Source: a virus
Lineage: Duplodnaviria; Caudoviricetes
DNA: 64,000 bases
IMG/VR virus record: IMGVR_UViG_3300047160_024814
Coordinates: 15,978-79,977 of that record
Strand: one strand, 5' to 3'
Position 1 is the first letter of the stretch, and each line of letters starts with the position of its first letter. Both the position numbers and the translations under genes were made by a program. Below are positions 54,901-64,000 of this stretch, one piece after another. The notes under the pieces were generated by a model. It saw nothing but the letters and a program-made list of their open reading frames with translations, did not search any database and was not told the DNA's origin.

Positions 54901-57900
54901 CGTCCAATTCCCACCGGTCGTCGACCACTGGACTTGATAGCGGCCGGCATCCATCACGCCACCCGGCCGTGGCGCCAGCCATGCAACCACCGCAGAACTG
55001 GAGGCTGTACCAACCAGCGCCAGACCAGTGACCTGCGGCGGCAGGAGCGAGGATGCCTGCACGTTGATCTGAATATTCGGCGACGTGAACGGCGAATTGC
55101 TGACACCGGTCTGTGCCGCCACCAGCACAAGGTTGTAGGCCCCTTGCGCCAGAGGCGTCGCAGTGACGACATTGTTCGCACCGGACATACTGAAGACAGG
55201 CTGCGTCACCGTGCTGCCACTGCCGAATGGCAGATCTGGATAAACCGCAAAATTGTAAATATGCGCGCCCTGCGGCAAACTCCCTGGGGATAAAATAGTC
55301 GTATCGGTCGGATAGATATTCGTATTGCAATACATTTTAGAATACAAAGGATCGCCATTGGTGTACTCATTTCCCGGGTTGGCAAAATCCCCGACGAGTA
55401 CACGGTCGCGATAGAACCGAACAACTGTCGCGGTCCAAAGCACACCATAGGTGTGCTGCTGCCGCGCGTCCCAGCCCGATGCGCTGTCGGTCTGTGCCGA
55501 AATGGCTGGATAGCCTGCAATATCCTGCAGCACGAACTGCTTGCCGGTCGAATCGGTCCAGATGAATAATTCGAGCGATGGAGGCCAATTATAAGGTGAT
55601 AAATTCGCTACACCGAAGATCAGCCCCGCAAGCCGGTCAACAGCAACCGATATCTCCCAATAGCCGTACTGTTTGGTGAAGGACGAACCCGCATTGGCAG
55701 TGTCTTGAATGCCCGAGATATAAGGCTTGGTGATCTCCGGGTGTCCTGCCGGGGTTGACCGCAACAACAGATCGAGATGACCACCCGTATACACATAAAC
55801 CAACGGAGTCAAAGCCGGATCATAAGTCCACCACGCATCACCCCCATCATCAAATTGATTGTAATACCACTTGGCTGAATTGAACGAGCCGAAGTTATCG
55901 TTAAAAAGCGGATTGACCACCGGTCCGCCACCCGTCGTCGTATAGGTCGACGTGCCGGGACCGATCGTCAACGAACCAGTGAAAGTTCCCGTCGTCATGC
56001 CGACCGACGCCGTACCCACCAAAGTGGCGACCGGCGCATTGATTGGCACCACGGTATTCGACATTTGAATACCGGTGATCTGGGCAATCGATACAACACC
56101 AGGCTGGGACGGATAAATATTATAATAGCCAAGCGTCGCATAAGCCGGCAGGGACGAGGTCGCCGACAAAATCCCGCCGATATAGCTCGCGTCGCTCGTG
56201 AAGAAATACGAGATCATCGGGCGCAGCTTGTAATCCCCGCCCGGGTTGGCATACGAAGCAATCTGCACGTGATCGATAAAGAAACGGATGAAATCCGACT
56301 GCACGTCGACAGCGTAGATATGATTGACCGAGGCATTAACCGTCGTGGTCTCGTAAATAACGCCGGCCCCGGCGATGTTGCCTGCGACGAATGCCGCATA
56401 AGCATCACGGAATTGAACGTGTTGTACGTTCTGCACGTCGGTCCAAATCAGAATATCGAGCTGCGCCGTCCAAGTGCTTCCGGCCACTCCAGAAAGCTGA
56501 TCGGTCAAACTCCAGCCGAACAGAAATCCCGGCACCTGCTGCACTTGTACACTGAACTCGTAAAACCCATAGAGCCGTTGATTGCCACCTGGGAGATTCT
56601 GGTTATTGAACCGTGTGCCGATCCGACTCTGCGTGATACCCAACCCGCCCGGATTGGCCATCAAGCCGATCTGCAGACCATATTGATTCGGATTGTAGAC
56701 CTGTTGATACAGACTGATCGTCGCCGGGGTGCTGACACCGTTCGCCCACCACGTGGCAAACCCGTCCGACATACCTGCAGGCGAACTGTTAGCCACATAG
56801 GCGAATTGATCGTTGGTCTGCCATGTCGCATGAGCGAGCCAGGACTGCGACGTGGTGAAGATGTCCGAGAAGACTGGTGTGGTACGCGGATCTCCGGCGA
56901 CCGCAGGCCAGCTGCCTGGCGTTCCACCATAAACATACCAACTGCCGGTGCTGTTCTGCTGATAGACCTGATGATTCCAATAGAGCAGCAGTGTTACGGA
57001 ACTCGTCCCCGTGTCGACAGTACCATTCTGCTGAACCTGGTAGCCGCCCGAGACCGAATTATAGAGAGTCCACCACGACCCGGTGCCGTCAACGATGATC
57101 TGCGACGTATTGATCACCGTGGTGCCTTGAGCCGACTCACCGATCGGATTGGCCGTCGCAACCCAAGCCAGTCCATTCCAGTATGACCAGCCACTCGGGC
57201 TGTTGTTGTAAACCGTATGATTCCAATAAGTGATCTGAGTGACACCGGAGGTGAACCCAACCGGTGAACCATTGCGATTGACCACACCTCCCGTGGTCCA
57301 GGTCCAGGATGCCCCGGTCGCATCCGTAATCGATCCTGTCGTCGTGGTCAGTGTTGTGTTGTTGGGCGACTCATTGACTGTCGTGGCATTCGCTGCCGCC
57401 GATGTGGCCGATCCGACGTTGTTCCTCGCAGTGACCTGGAACTGATAGATCACATTCGGATTAAGATTGGACACGCCATACGTGGTCGCCGATAAGCCGC
57501 TGGTCAAAGGCTGATATGTTGGCTGTCCGGAAATCCGCCACTGGACGTCATAGAGAATAGGCGCTGTACCGGTAACCCCCGGCCAGTTCAAAGTCAGGCT
57601 AGACGCTGTGACACTGCTGGCAGTGACAGTTGGCGTAGAGGGCGCAGTCGATCCAGCCGCAGGCGTGATCGTCGCATTTGCCTGCACTGTAGCAATGGGG
57701 AAGATATTGCTACGGCCCTGCAAAATAGCACGTGCTGCCAAAGACACCGTCGCGACACCAGCAAAATTCGCAAGGCCTTTGCGATAGACCAAAGCACTGG
57801 CCGAAACTGTCGCAACAGGCGCCAGCGTCGCACCCCCAGTATGCGCCGGTACGACTGTTGTATCGACCCGCACAGTGCCAACAACCGGGATCGTGGCCCG

Positions 57901-59793
57901 CCCGAAGGGGTTGAGCACACGGGTGTCAGCCCGGACGGTCGCCACGACAGGGATGGTCGTGGTCAAGGTCAGGGGTGCTGATACGGTCGTCAACTGCAAC
58001 GCGGCCTCAGTCAGGGCGGAGACACCCCAAAGACCGTTCTGCCACCACAGCATGGCAGCAATGCCCAACGAGGGCGCCAAGCCGGTTGGTGTTTGAGAAT
58101 TCGGCACGAGATCGGTATGCGAAATCTGGGCTCCAGAAGCCGTGAATTGATAGAGATCGTTTTGCAGCGTTGTCGCCCAAAGCGAATTGAACGTATCCCA
58201 CGCAAGCGCCGACGGCAGGCGTCCGATCCGCAATGTCGTTGTGGAGAAAGACGATCCATTCCAAAAAGTAACTGCACCCAATCGTTGAGGCACAAGATTG
58301 AAAGGCGAGGTGAAAACATCCTGCACAAGGCTGGATGACCCGCAGAGCCAGACCGATGGCCCGGTATTGCCAATGAACGTACAACCGGCCGGTGCCGTGA
58401 TCGTCCTCTGCTGGGTAAACGAGCTGGCCACCGCAGATCGAGAAAAAATCCGTATCAGATTATTGGCATCGTCCGCGACACAGATCTGATTACGCTCATA
58501 AAAGACGTCACGCGCATTCCCGGCCCACGATGTAGAGGCTAGAATGCCACTTTCGGTGACAGCTGCGAGCCAACCTGTGCCTACACCACCCGTTGCATAG
58601 ATGATATCCTGATCAGTAAAAACATCAACCGGATTGAATCCCAGGCCTGACACTTGGGTGACCCTCGTCCAGGCACCGGAGAGAAACTGCAGCCACTGCA
58701 CACCGCCGGTCATCCCCGCGATGACATCGCCATCGCTTTCGCACCAAACCCCACCAGCCGCACCGATGTTCAGCTGTTGGGCGACTGACCACACCCCGAC
58801 CGTGTTCGTGAGAAACGTCAAAAACCCGGTCGACGATGACGCCACCACCGCGGTCAAACCGTCATGCGTGATGGCGATCCGGCCGGCGCCCGACAAAATA
58901 AATGATTGAGCAAACTGCAGCTGGCCAAAGACGAGATTGTAGACTGACACCTGACTGTTGGTCGCGTCCGTCACCAACAGCTGCTGGCCATTTGGTGTCC
59001 AGGCCAAAAACTGCGGTGCGCCTGAACCACCGATGAAATTTACCACCGACCAATCTGGTTCGGTCCCGCTGATCAGCGTGATACGATTGGTTCCCGGCGT
59101 CGCCGCCGCCGCAAAAGCCGCCGCCGGATTGCCTTGAAGACATGTCGCCCCAAGGGCCAGGCTGGCTTCCGTCCAGCCACCAATCGCCACTGTCGTGCCC
59201 AATGCGGCAATGACCGCCGAGTCATTCAAAGGAATCGCCGACTTGACAACAGTCCCTGTCGTGTTGCCGGTGAATGTAAAAGCCCCCATCCGATCGCTGC
59301 CCGGCAGGATGGCGTAAAGCTTCGTGGTGTCAGCCGCCATCGTGGCGACCGCCTCGCCCCAACCCGTGGTCTGCACGACCGCACCGCTGACCACAGAGGC
59401 CATGTCACCATTGTCGGCGACGAAATATGGCAAGCCCCGACCCGGCACATAGGCCGCAGCCACAAACGTATCACCGGACACCGCCCCGGTGATCGGATAG
59501 GCGATATCACCCGTGCCTGAGACAGCATGTGTGATATCACCATAAGCCCCGAGCAGCCACGCCCCCGAGACCGTGCCGTCCGGGCAGGCATCGATGAACC
59601 CACCAACCATCCCCGAGACCGTCAACACCGGATCTGGCGAGACCACATAGCTGCCGCCAGACGGATTGAGCATGTAAGTCACAGGCGCATGTACGCGCGG
59701 CAGCATCAACCCGTTGCTGACCGGAACTATCGACACGGCATGCCCCGGATCATTAACTCCGGCAGGCCAGAAATATTGAACGAGCTGGCTCAT
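51943..59793 (-). CDS. Giant (2616 aa) virion-associated protein: beta-propeller, FN3, three GH16-like domains and a C-terminal clan GH-A-like barrel
   Basis: FN3 (LNWP...YDVQWR...YQFQVTARN); YGFYEFS, QYGYWEIS and EPDYME GH16-like motifs; FIGQDEP...LIAGP...LDVLSYD barrel. Confidence 0.7.
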   Translation of the reverse strand: MSQLVQYFWPAGVNDPGHAVSIVPVSNGLMLPRVHAPVTYMLNPSGGSYVVSPDPVLTVSGMVGGFIDACPDGTVSGAWLLGAYGDITHAVSGTGDIAYPITGAVSGDTFVAAAYVPGRGLPYFVADNGDMASVVSGAVVQTTGWGEAVATMAADTTKLYAILPGSDRMGAFTFTGNTTGTVVKSAIPLNDSAVIAALGTTVAIGGWTEASLALGATCLQGNPAAAFAAAATPGTNRITLISGTEPDWSVVNFIGGSGAPQFLAWTPNGQQLLVTDATNSQVSVYNLVFGQLQFAQSFILSGAGRIAITHDGLTAVVASSSTGFLTFLTNTVGVWSVAQQLNIGAAGGVWCESDGDVIAGMTGGVQWLQFLSGAWTRVTQVSGLGFNPVDVFTDQDIIYATGGVGTGWLAAVTESGILASTSWAGNARDVFYERNQICVADDANNLIRIFSRSAVASSFTQQRTITAPAGCTFIGNTGPSVWLCGSSSLVQDVFTSPFNLVPQRLGAVTFWNGSSFSTTTLRIGRLPSALAWDTFNSLWATTLQNDLYQFTASGAQISHTDLVPNSQTPTGLAPSLGIAAMLWWQNGLWGVSALTEAALQLTTVSAPLTLTTTIPVVATVRADTRVLNPFGRATIPVVGTVRVDTTVVPAHTGGATLAPVATVSASALVYRKGLANFAGVATVSLAARAILQGRSNIFPIATVQANATITPAAGSTAPSTPTVTASSVTASSLTLNWPGVTGTAPILYDVQWRISGQPTYQPLTSGLSATTYGVSNLNPNVIYQFQVTARNNVGSATSAAANATTVNESPNNTTLTTTTGSITDATGASWTWTTGGVVNRNGSPVGFTSGVTQITYWNHTVYNNSPSGWSYWNGLAWVATANPIGESAQGTTVINTSQIIVDGTGSWWTLYNSVSGGYQVQQNGTVDTGTSSVTLLLYWNHQVYQQNSTGSWYVYGGTPGSWPAVAGDPRTTPVFSDIFTTSQSWLAHATWQTNDQFAYVANSSPAGMSDGFATWWANGVSTPATISLYQQVYNPNQYGLQIGLMANPGGLGITQSRIGTRFNNQNLPGGNQRLYGFYEFSVQVQQVPGFLFGWSLTDQLSGVAGSTWTAQLDILIWTDVQNVQHVQFRDAYAAFVAGNIAGAGVIYETTTVNASVNHIYAVDVQSDFIRFFIDHVQIASYANPGGDYKLRPMISYFFTSDASYIGGILSATSSLPAYATLGYYNIYPSQPGVVSIAQITGIQMSNTVVPINAPVATLVGTASVGMTTGTFTGSLTIGPGTSTYTTTGGGPVVNPLFNDNFGSFNSAKWYYNQFDDGGDAWWTYDPALTPLVYVYTGGHLDLLLRSTPAGHPEITKPYISGIQDTANAGSSFTKQYGYWEISVAVDRLAGLIFGVANLSPYNWPPSLELFIWTDSTGKQFVLQDIAGYPAISAQTDSASGWDARQQHTYGVLWTATVVRFYRDRVLVGDFANPGNEYTNGDPLYSKMYCNTNIYPTDTTILSPGSLPQGAHIYNFAVYPDLPFGSGSTVTQPVFSMSGANNVVTATPLAQGAYNLVLVAAQTGVSNSPFTSPNIQINVQASSLLPPQVTGLALVGTASSSAVVAWLAPRPGGVMDAGRYQVQWSTTGGNWTDNGPVMTYCTPGFGSVQDTFGNVWTLNSAGHPVVNGLVDTPSSCQWLLFDESGVIWQFDTIGEYWTYAGTGVISGSFQNTWNGAFTVGPFDNVTISGLASNQSYTARVYATNSVGSGPPSTTVPFSTGTVAQQQITNITLSNQTIAPNLPIGTLVGTATVAMSSGTFTGSLAVVAGTSTTTITGGGSSVPVPAQAAAVGYNMLTFGPTINLNNWTKLDDEPVTVNGDGSITLGPGNGSFASYQTVSTLGSDNFTGACFGGGLYLEAEISVSNSIVSGGGWPAWWSNDIDGQRAYRGSTYYQAQCAWPGRPGQYVWFEPDYMECNQDGIAGGAVHVWYNGGTLGDGNNPDAWLSGGATNRASIDMTQRNKFGFLWVPATQGVANSGRMEMWYNGAIARDTSGRQMAFRYNYWGDAGTTGVFPPNITSAMGGMDNRHLYLIIGAGQNSMRFYSISVWQKDNSKNFNVTPPPGGTTTVNNFAISGSANIVTNVAMPVGTYSLVLRATQAGIVNSPYTNPAPISISVTTVTNPPGPAASSSFLTADFTSAMNYPLGGPGQQVVSQRLYGASGGGFANNNWAVFTNTTYRTLASTINYGLMYFKNSSGTSYWNADGTVNTAAFTNLINNLPAIDPLGISGVILGADWSGTNAAPGANGNPSVFGNRMAAVATYLNGVTMPGGRKFPLVGFIGQDEPNSSFNADPTVTGPYYNAMATAVKAVSPSFLIAGPNTDSMLQNWMAYFTSSSVPNLDVLSYDCFAGNGVASDPNDSAWRGKTYAGGGYRYAGDAQFASQNMGRNPTALLLGGYNIGDGTEACCMSHQGAVFQAYSLIQMLNNSKVQCWACMWDGWGDGAYGIITDPTYQGSVYGVTSQMQITPRGYFMAQGVRHVYGPRFNVTANSSGMLTCAVKPTSTTFGLLVVNSGQGNQSGQVALSHWPINGSGTGTASVWQLTASQNAPGMDGTLSTVNVLNGLTGSITFPDPSVTIIFI

Positions 59794-60584
59794 GTGTTCG
59801 GTGTCGGCGGGATGGTCTGAGCGGCGATCGGCGTGCCCGCAATGCCATGCCGGTGGGTCTGCAGATTGACCTGATCACTGCCACTGAAGCCGGCGATCAC
59901 AGTGCCAGAAACTTCCAGGTTGCCATTCATGGCCACGGTCGGCGCGAGCAATGAAACCTTATCCGCCGCGTTCACTACCAGGTCATTGGCCTTGACCGTC
60001 ACCAATTGTCCCGATTTGGCGGTGATCCCGATGTTGCCGGACGAATCAATCGTAATGACCGCACCCGAGCCATGGTTGATCGTGAATGTGTAAGGGTTGT
60101 CGGGTGGGTCAGGCACGCGTTCAGAATCCGAAAAATCCTGAAACTGTTGCGTCTGATCCGGATTGATGATCTGCCGGCGGAAAGATGGTTTATTCACTTG
60201 ATCAGAACACTGTATCCAGGTGCCATCAGGGAAACTCTTAGTCCAGCGACCGGAGACATCCATGAATTCATAGGCACCCGACCAGTGGGCGCTGTATTCA
60301 GCAAACGGGTCGTTGGCGGTGGTGTGCGCCGTCAGAAGCGCATTGTAGAACGAGCCCAACCAGATCCCATTGATCGGATCACCCGCCGGAAAGGCGCAAA
60401 TACCCCAAGTACCACGGCCTGGCATCGCGCGATGATGCACACGCACACCATCCGCAGGTCCGTGATACAACATCTTCACACCGATGCCGAGCAACTGCAC
60501 GGAGGGCAACTCGACGATCAGCCGGCGGTTCGGAATATCGTGCCCAACCACTCGCCCTTCCAGCAGTCCAGGAAACTGAGTCAT
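59790..60584 (-). CDS. Baseplate central spike (gpV/gp45-like)
   Basis: N-terminal OB-like region; C-terminal LLAPTVAMNGNLEVSG...VNLQTHRHG (HxH tip motif). Confidence 0.75.
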   Translation of the reverse strand: MTQFPGLLEGRVVGHDIPNRRLIVELPSVQLLGIGVKMLYHGPADGVRVHHRAMPGRGTWGICAFPAGDPINGIWLGSFYNALLTAHTTANDPFAEYSAHWSGAYEFMDVSGRWTKSFPDGTWIQCSDQVNKPSFRRQIINPDQTQQFQDFSDSERVPDPPDNPYTFTINHGSGAVITIDSSGNIGITAKSGQLVTVKANDLVVNAADKVSLLAPTVAMNGNLEVSGTVIAGFSGSDQVNLQTHRHGIAGTPIAAQTIPPTPNT

Positions 60585-62194
60585 TTGCGCCCCGGCATTC
60601 CATAGGCCCCCGCCGGATCGGTCGCCAAGCCTTTGGAGATCGATGCCAAATCTTGATGTTTTAACGACTCCGACGAGCCGTCAGGTAGTCCTATTCTATA
60701 CATCCCGTCCTGCAACATCGCGTTGCCAGACAGTAACGCGATCATCATTGCCTGATCGGCATACACACTGACAGGCAACCCACGACAAACCGACAGAGTC
60801 GTTATAGACGGTCCACCAAACGTAAAATTATGCTCAAGAGCGTCGATATAAAACAGCCATGGCGAAAAATCGCGCGAAAAACCATACTGCAAACGCGTAC
60901 CAGGAATGATATCAGGCCGAAGATTCGTTTGCATGCGTCCCGAGACCATCAATGGCAAAGGTTCATAGTATGACGCTGCTTTGAGTGTGATCGTGCCGAC
61001 CGCCTTCTGTAATGCCGTCAATCCGCCTTTTGCCTGTACACCCCGAGAGAAATCACCACTTGGATCGGCAAACCAAGGCGGATTGGATATAAAAGGCCGA
61101 TAACCATAACGGGCGATCGATGCCCGATCCAGCCAAATGCCGAATATCTGCGCAAACCCCAAATTAGCCGCATTGCCAGCTCCAACGAGTGAGCCCATCG
61201 GTGTTGGTATGACGGCATAAAAGTTCATCGCCCCGGTATCATCCCACTCCATCTGCCGGTTGAACGACCCTGGCGTATCGAGCGTGTAAGTCCGTAAATT
61301 GTCCCAAAGTTCCGTATCCAACTTGTACGGACCTTCAGGATTGGTCAGGATCGGGATTGGCGTCGGACGACCGATCAGACACGGGGATGCCGGTGGGCAA
61401 AATCGCGAAGACGAATTCAACATTGACTTAGCTGCAGGCTGACCATACGCACCCTGCTCCGCCGTCGACACAAAACATTCGAACCATGGGGCCGGATAGA
61501 GATTCTGGAATGTCGCCATCCAAGAGCCCGACATGACCGCGAAATTCTGTGCGACCGGGATTGTCATCTCAAGGCCTGGATATTCGGTAAAGTTTATCGC
61601 CATGAGATCATTGAATGTGACACGTGAGTCCTGATAGGCAAACGACATCCGTGATAAAACCCCATCATCCCCGGCCAGCACCTGGTTGAACCAGGCATTG
61701 GCCGCTGTCATCAAAGACACATTCTGTGTGCCCAACTTCAACCAACTGGAAATCGCATTTTCAAAACCAGCAAGTGTTACGAATGGCGAGTACTGAGCCA
61801 ATGGAGCTAACAAATTCGCCTGCATGAAGATGTGGCTGAAATCCGCACCAACCACATGCACCTCACGCTGTACCTGGCGGCCCGGCTCCCAAGCCTCGCT
61901 TTCCCAGGTACTGCGTACCACACCAATCATCACAATATGAGCCCGATCAGCTCGCTGCATTGCGATAATAGCCAAGGACATTGGACGTATGACCGACACC
62001 CATTGCGGCGACACGTTCTGTCCAACCGGTCCGCCGGACGCCAAGACCAGTTCAAATGCTCCCGCTTCCGTTCCAGCCACTGACTTGCGCACCCGGCAGG
62101 ATCGCAGCAACCCTTGAGCAGACGTGATTCGAAAACGACCCCCTTCATAAGGGTAGATGTCAATTGTGCAATCAGGTACAGCTAAACCGCTCAT
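60581..62194 (-). CDS. Baseplate hub (gp27/gp44-like)
   Basis: Position between the tape measure and spike; NLRPDIIPG...FYIDALEHNFTFG..TTL.V.RG. Confidence 0.65.
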   Translation of the reverse strand: MSGLAVPDCTIDIYPYEGGRFRITSAQGLLRSCRVRKSVAGTEAGAFELVLASGGPVGQNVSPQWVSVIRPMSLAIIAMQRADRAHIVMIGVVRSTWESEAWEPGRQVQREVHVVGADFSHIFMQANLLAPLAQYSPFVTLAGFENAISSWLKLGTQNVSLMTAANAWFNQVLAGDDGVLSRMSFAYQDSRVTFNDLMAINFTEYPGLEMTIPVAQNFAVMSGSWMATFQNLYPAPWFECFVSTAEQGAYGQPAAKSMLNSSSRFCPPASPCLIGRPTPIPILTNPEGPYKLDTELWDNLRTYTLDTPGSFNRQMEWDDTGAMNFYAVIPTPMGSLVGAGNAANLGFAQIFGIWLDRASIARYGYRPFISNPPWFADPSGDFSRGVQAKGGLTALQKAVGTITLKAASYYEPLPLMVSGRMQTNLRPDIIPGTRLQYGFSRDFSPWLFYIDALEHNFTFGGPSITTLSVCRGLPVSVYADQAMMIALLSGNAMLQDGMYRIGLPDGSSESLKHQDLASISKGLATDPAGAYGMPGRK

Positions 62195-64000
62195 CGCCGC
62201 GAAGCCGGTAATTCAATCGGTTGCGCGGCATTCGGAATGAAGCCTTCACCCAACCAGGGTGACACCGCCCCAGAACTTCCTAAACGTTCGACAAATCGAT
62301 TAACCGCCCCGGTCATATTGGTGATCGCAGTCGCTGCCAGATCCGCTGAACTCTGCAGCACACCAAGATATGTCGCGACATCCCGTGCAGCAGTCAGCCC
62401 CGCCATTTGCCCAGCCGCCTGCAATTGCATCTCCGGCAACGCAACACCACCCGACGTCAAACCGCGCAACAATTTCGCCTGGTAGTCCGTGGTGAAATCC
62501 TTCTCGCCCGCATACGCCTTGCCGACATTGTACAAATCGCCAGGACCAAATCGGGTGATCGCCTGTTGCAAAAGCGAAGCCCCCTTAGCAATCGAATCTG
62601 CCGCACCGGTCGGTCGTGCTAAGCCCGACGAACCTGCAATCTGCATCGGGTTATCGGCTGCTGACATGCCAAACGCGCCCTGTGCCGTATTCTTCCCACC
62701 TGTCGACTCGTTCATCATAATGGCGCCCATCAGCAAAGGATTGACATTCTTCGCCTTCGCTTCCTGGATGACTGTATCGATCAAGTCGGGTCGCACCCCC
62801 ATCGCTGTTAAACGTTGACGATAGTCACCCTCATCCTTTGATGTATCGTAAGTGAGTGGCATTCCCATGGACGCGGTATTTGCACCAACCAACGAGCGGC
62901 CGGCGCCCAAGGCTGTTGAGCCGAGCAAGGACGTACCGAGAATTTGCGAACGGAATAGATCCTGCTGGTTGGACGGCAGATTCTTGAACCACGGCTGCCG
63001 TTCCAGCATAGTGTTGACCGTGATTGGACTCTGTGGGCTTTGCAGAATCAAACCAAGATTCTGCAATGCCAATATCGGATTTTTTTGTTGCGCCGACTGC
63101 AGATAATTTTGCACCAGCCGCTGACCACCCGGCTGGTCGACGATCGTCTTCCAATCCTCATTGCTGATACCCAGAAACTTCTGCAATCCAGCTTCGGTCT
63201 GCGGTGCTCCTTCACGCCCGAACATCAAACCAAACGCCATGTTCGCCGCTTGTGATTGCCCCGTGCCCAAGCCACCCAATGTACGATTGACGTCCTGCTG
63301 CAGCCCCAGAATGCCCTCACCCGTCCGCATCGATGGAATGCCTGTCTGAGCGAGCCGCGCTATCATGTCGGCAAGCTGCGATGTCTGCAGACCTGCCCCG
63401 CCACCCCGCTCCAACAACCCCGACATTGTGCGTAGTGTATCCGACCGATCAAGACCCATCGCGGTCGCGGTGGACATGACCTTTTCGAGCTGCATCCAGA
63501 AACGCATCGGCTGGCCAGCAACCCCGCCACCGCCCAAAGCAATGCCACGCCCTAGGAACTGCGCACTTTGGTCCTCAGTCAGTCCCGTGCCGCCGAAGTA
63601 GGCTTGCCGCACCGTGGTGGCGAATCGCATCGCCTCTTCCGGCGACTGCGGCGCAATTCCCAGATTGGCGATATTGCGTTGCACATCGAGCGGCCCCATG
63701 CCCAACGCCCGCATTTGCGGCGTTAGCTGGAACATCGGGATCTGACCCTTCACGCCCCCACGCATCATGAGCCGCTGCATAGCCTCTGGATCAAACCCGC
63801 CCATGCGGCCGATACGGGCCTGTTCAATCCGGAAGTTCAGCCAAGGGTTAGCCTGCCCGACCGCTCCGGCGAAAGCCTGGTTAAGTTTGATCGGCGCCGT
63901 GGCCACATCCTTGATCGCCTCAACGGCCATCTGCGCCACCATCATCGCAACACCAGCCCGGCCCATGAAAGCTTTACCGGGAGTCCGGACTCCAGCAATC
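62191..64000 (-). CDS. Tape measure protein with an SLT lytic transglycosylase domain (5' end outside window)
   Basis: LMGAIMMNESTGG...NPMQI...IAKGASLL...AY. The frame is open from ATG 63966 to the window edge. Confidence 0.8.
   Translation of the reverse strand, partial: IAGVRTPGKAFMGRAGVAMMVAQMAVEAIKDVATAPIKLNQAFAGAVGQANPWLNFRIEQARIGRMGGFDPEAMQRLMMRGGVKGQIPMFQLTPQMRALGMGPLDVQRNIANLGIAPQSPEEAMRFATTVRQAYFGGTGLTEDQSAQFLGRGIALGGGGVAGQPMRFWMQLEKVMSTATAMGLDRSDTLRTMSGLLERGGGAGLQTSQLADMIARLAQTGIPSMRTGEGILGLQQDVNRTLGGLGTGQSQAANMAFGLMFGREGAPQTEAGLQKFLGISNEDWKTIVDQPGGQRLVQNYLQSAQQKNPILALQNLGLILQSPQSPITVNTMLERQPWFKNLPSNQQDLFRSQILGTSLLGSTALGAGRSLVGANTASMGMPLTYDTSKDEGDYRQRLTAMGVRPDLIDTVIQEAKAKNVNPLLMGAIMMNESTGGKNTAQGAFGMSAADNPMQIAGSSGLARPTGAADSIAKGASLLQQAITRFGPGDLYNVGKAYAGEKDFTTDYQAKLLRGLTSGGVALPEMQLQAAGQMAGLTAARDVATYLGVLQSSADLAATAITNMTGAVNRFVERLGSSGAVSPWLGEGFIPNAAQPIELPASRR

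Overview
A 64-kb segment of a large contractile-tailed (myovirus-like) dsDNA phage or prophage. The host is probably alphaproteobacterial, an inference from gene families and the GC-rich sequence. About 1-24 kb is accessory. About 24-35 kb is a replication module: AEP/D5 primase-helicase, family A DNA polymerase with a mini-intein, RuvC, SNF2 helicase, DUF2800 nuclease and DUF2815 SSB. About 35-44 kb is packaging: a terminase large subunit split into two genes around an inserted ORF, the portal, and a 1283-aa multi-domain glycosyltransferase. About 44-64 kb is a minus-strand tail/baseplate operon that includes a 2616-aa multi-glycosidase protein and a tape measure with an SLT domain. Capsid, sheath and tube genes are not in the window. 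Two RNA-protein systems stand out. (1) A nuclease-less Nop-domain gene (4394-5455) is flanked on both sides by 11 stem-loop units of the form stem-CCA-9nt-TG-4nt-CCA-9nt-TG-stem, the architecture of a stem-loop TIGR-Tas (TasA-type) RNA-guided system; an uncharacterised gene is translationally coupled to it. (2) A Ro60/TROVE gene is directly preceded by three long hairpins whose shared core contains a Y-RNA-like bulged helix. The window also has a repeated ACCCC-centred motif at nine consecutive gene junctions (15.3-19.05 kb), a shared palindromic operator candidate, and many glycosyltransferase and O-methyltransferase genes. All family assignments come from motif recognition by eye; no database search was run.
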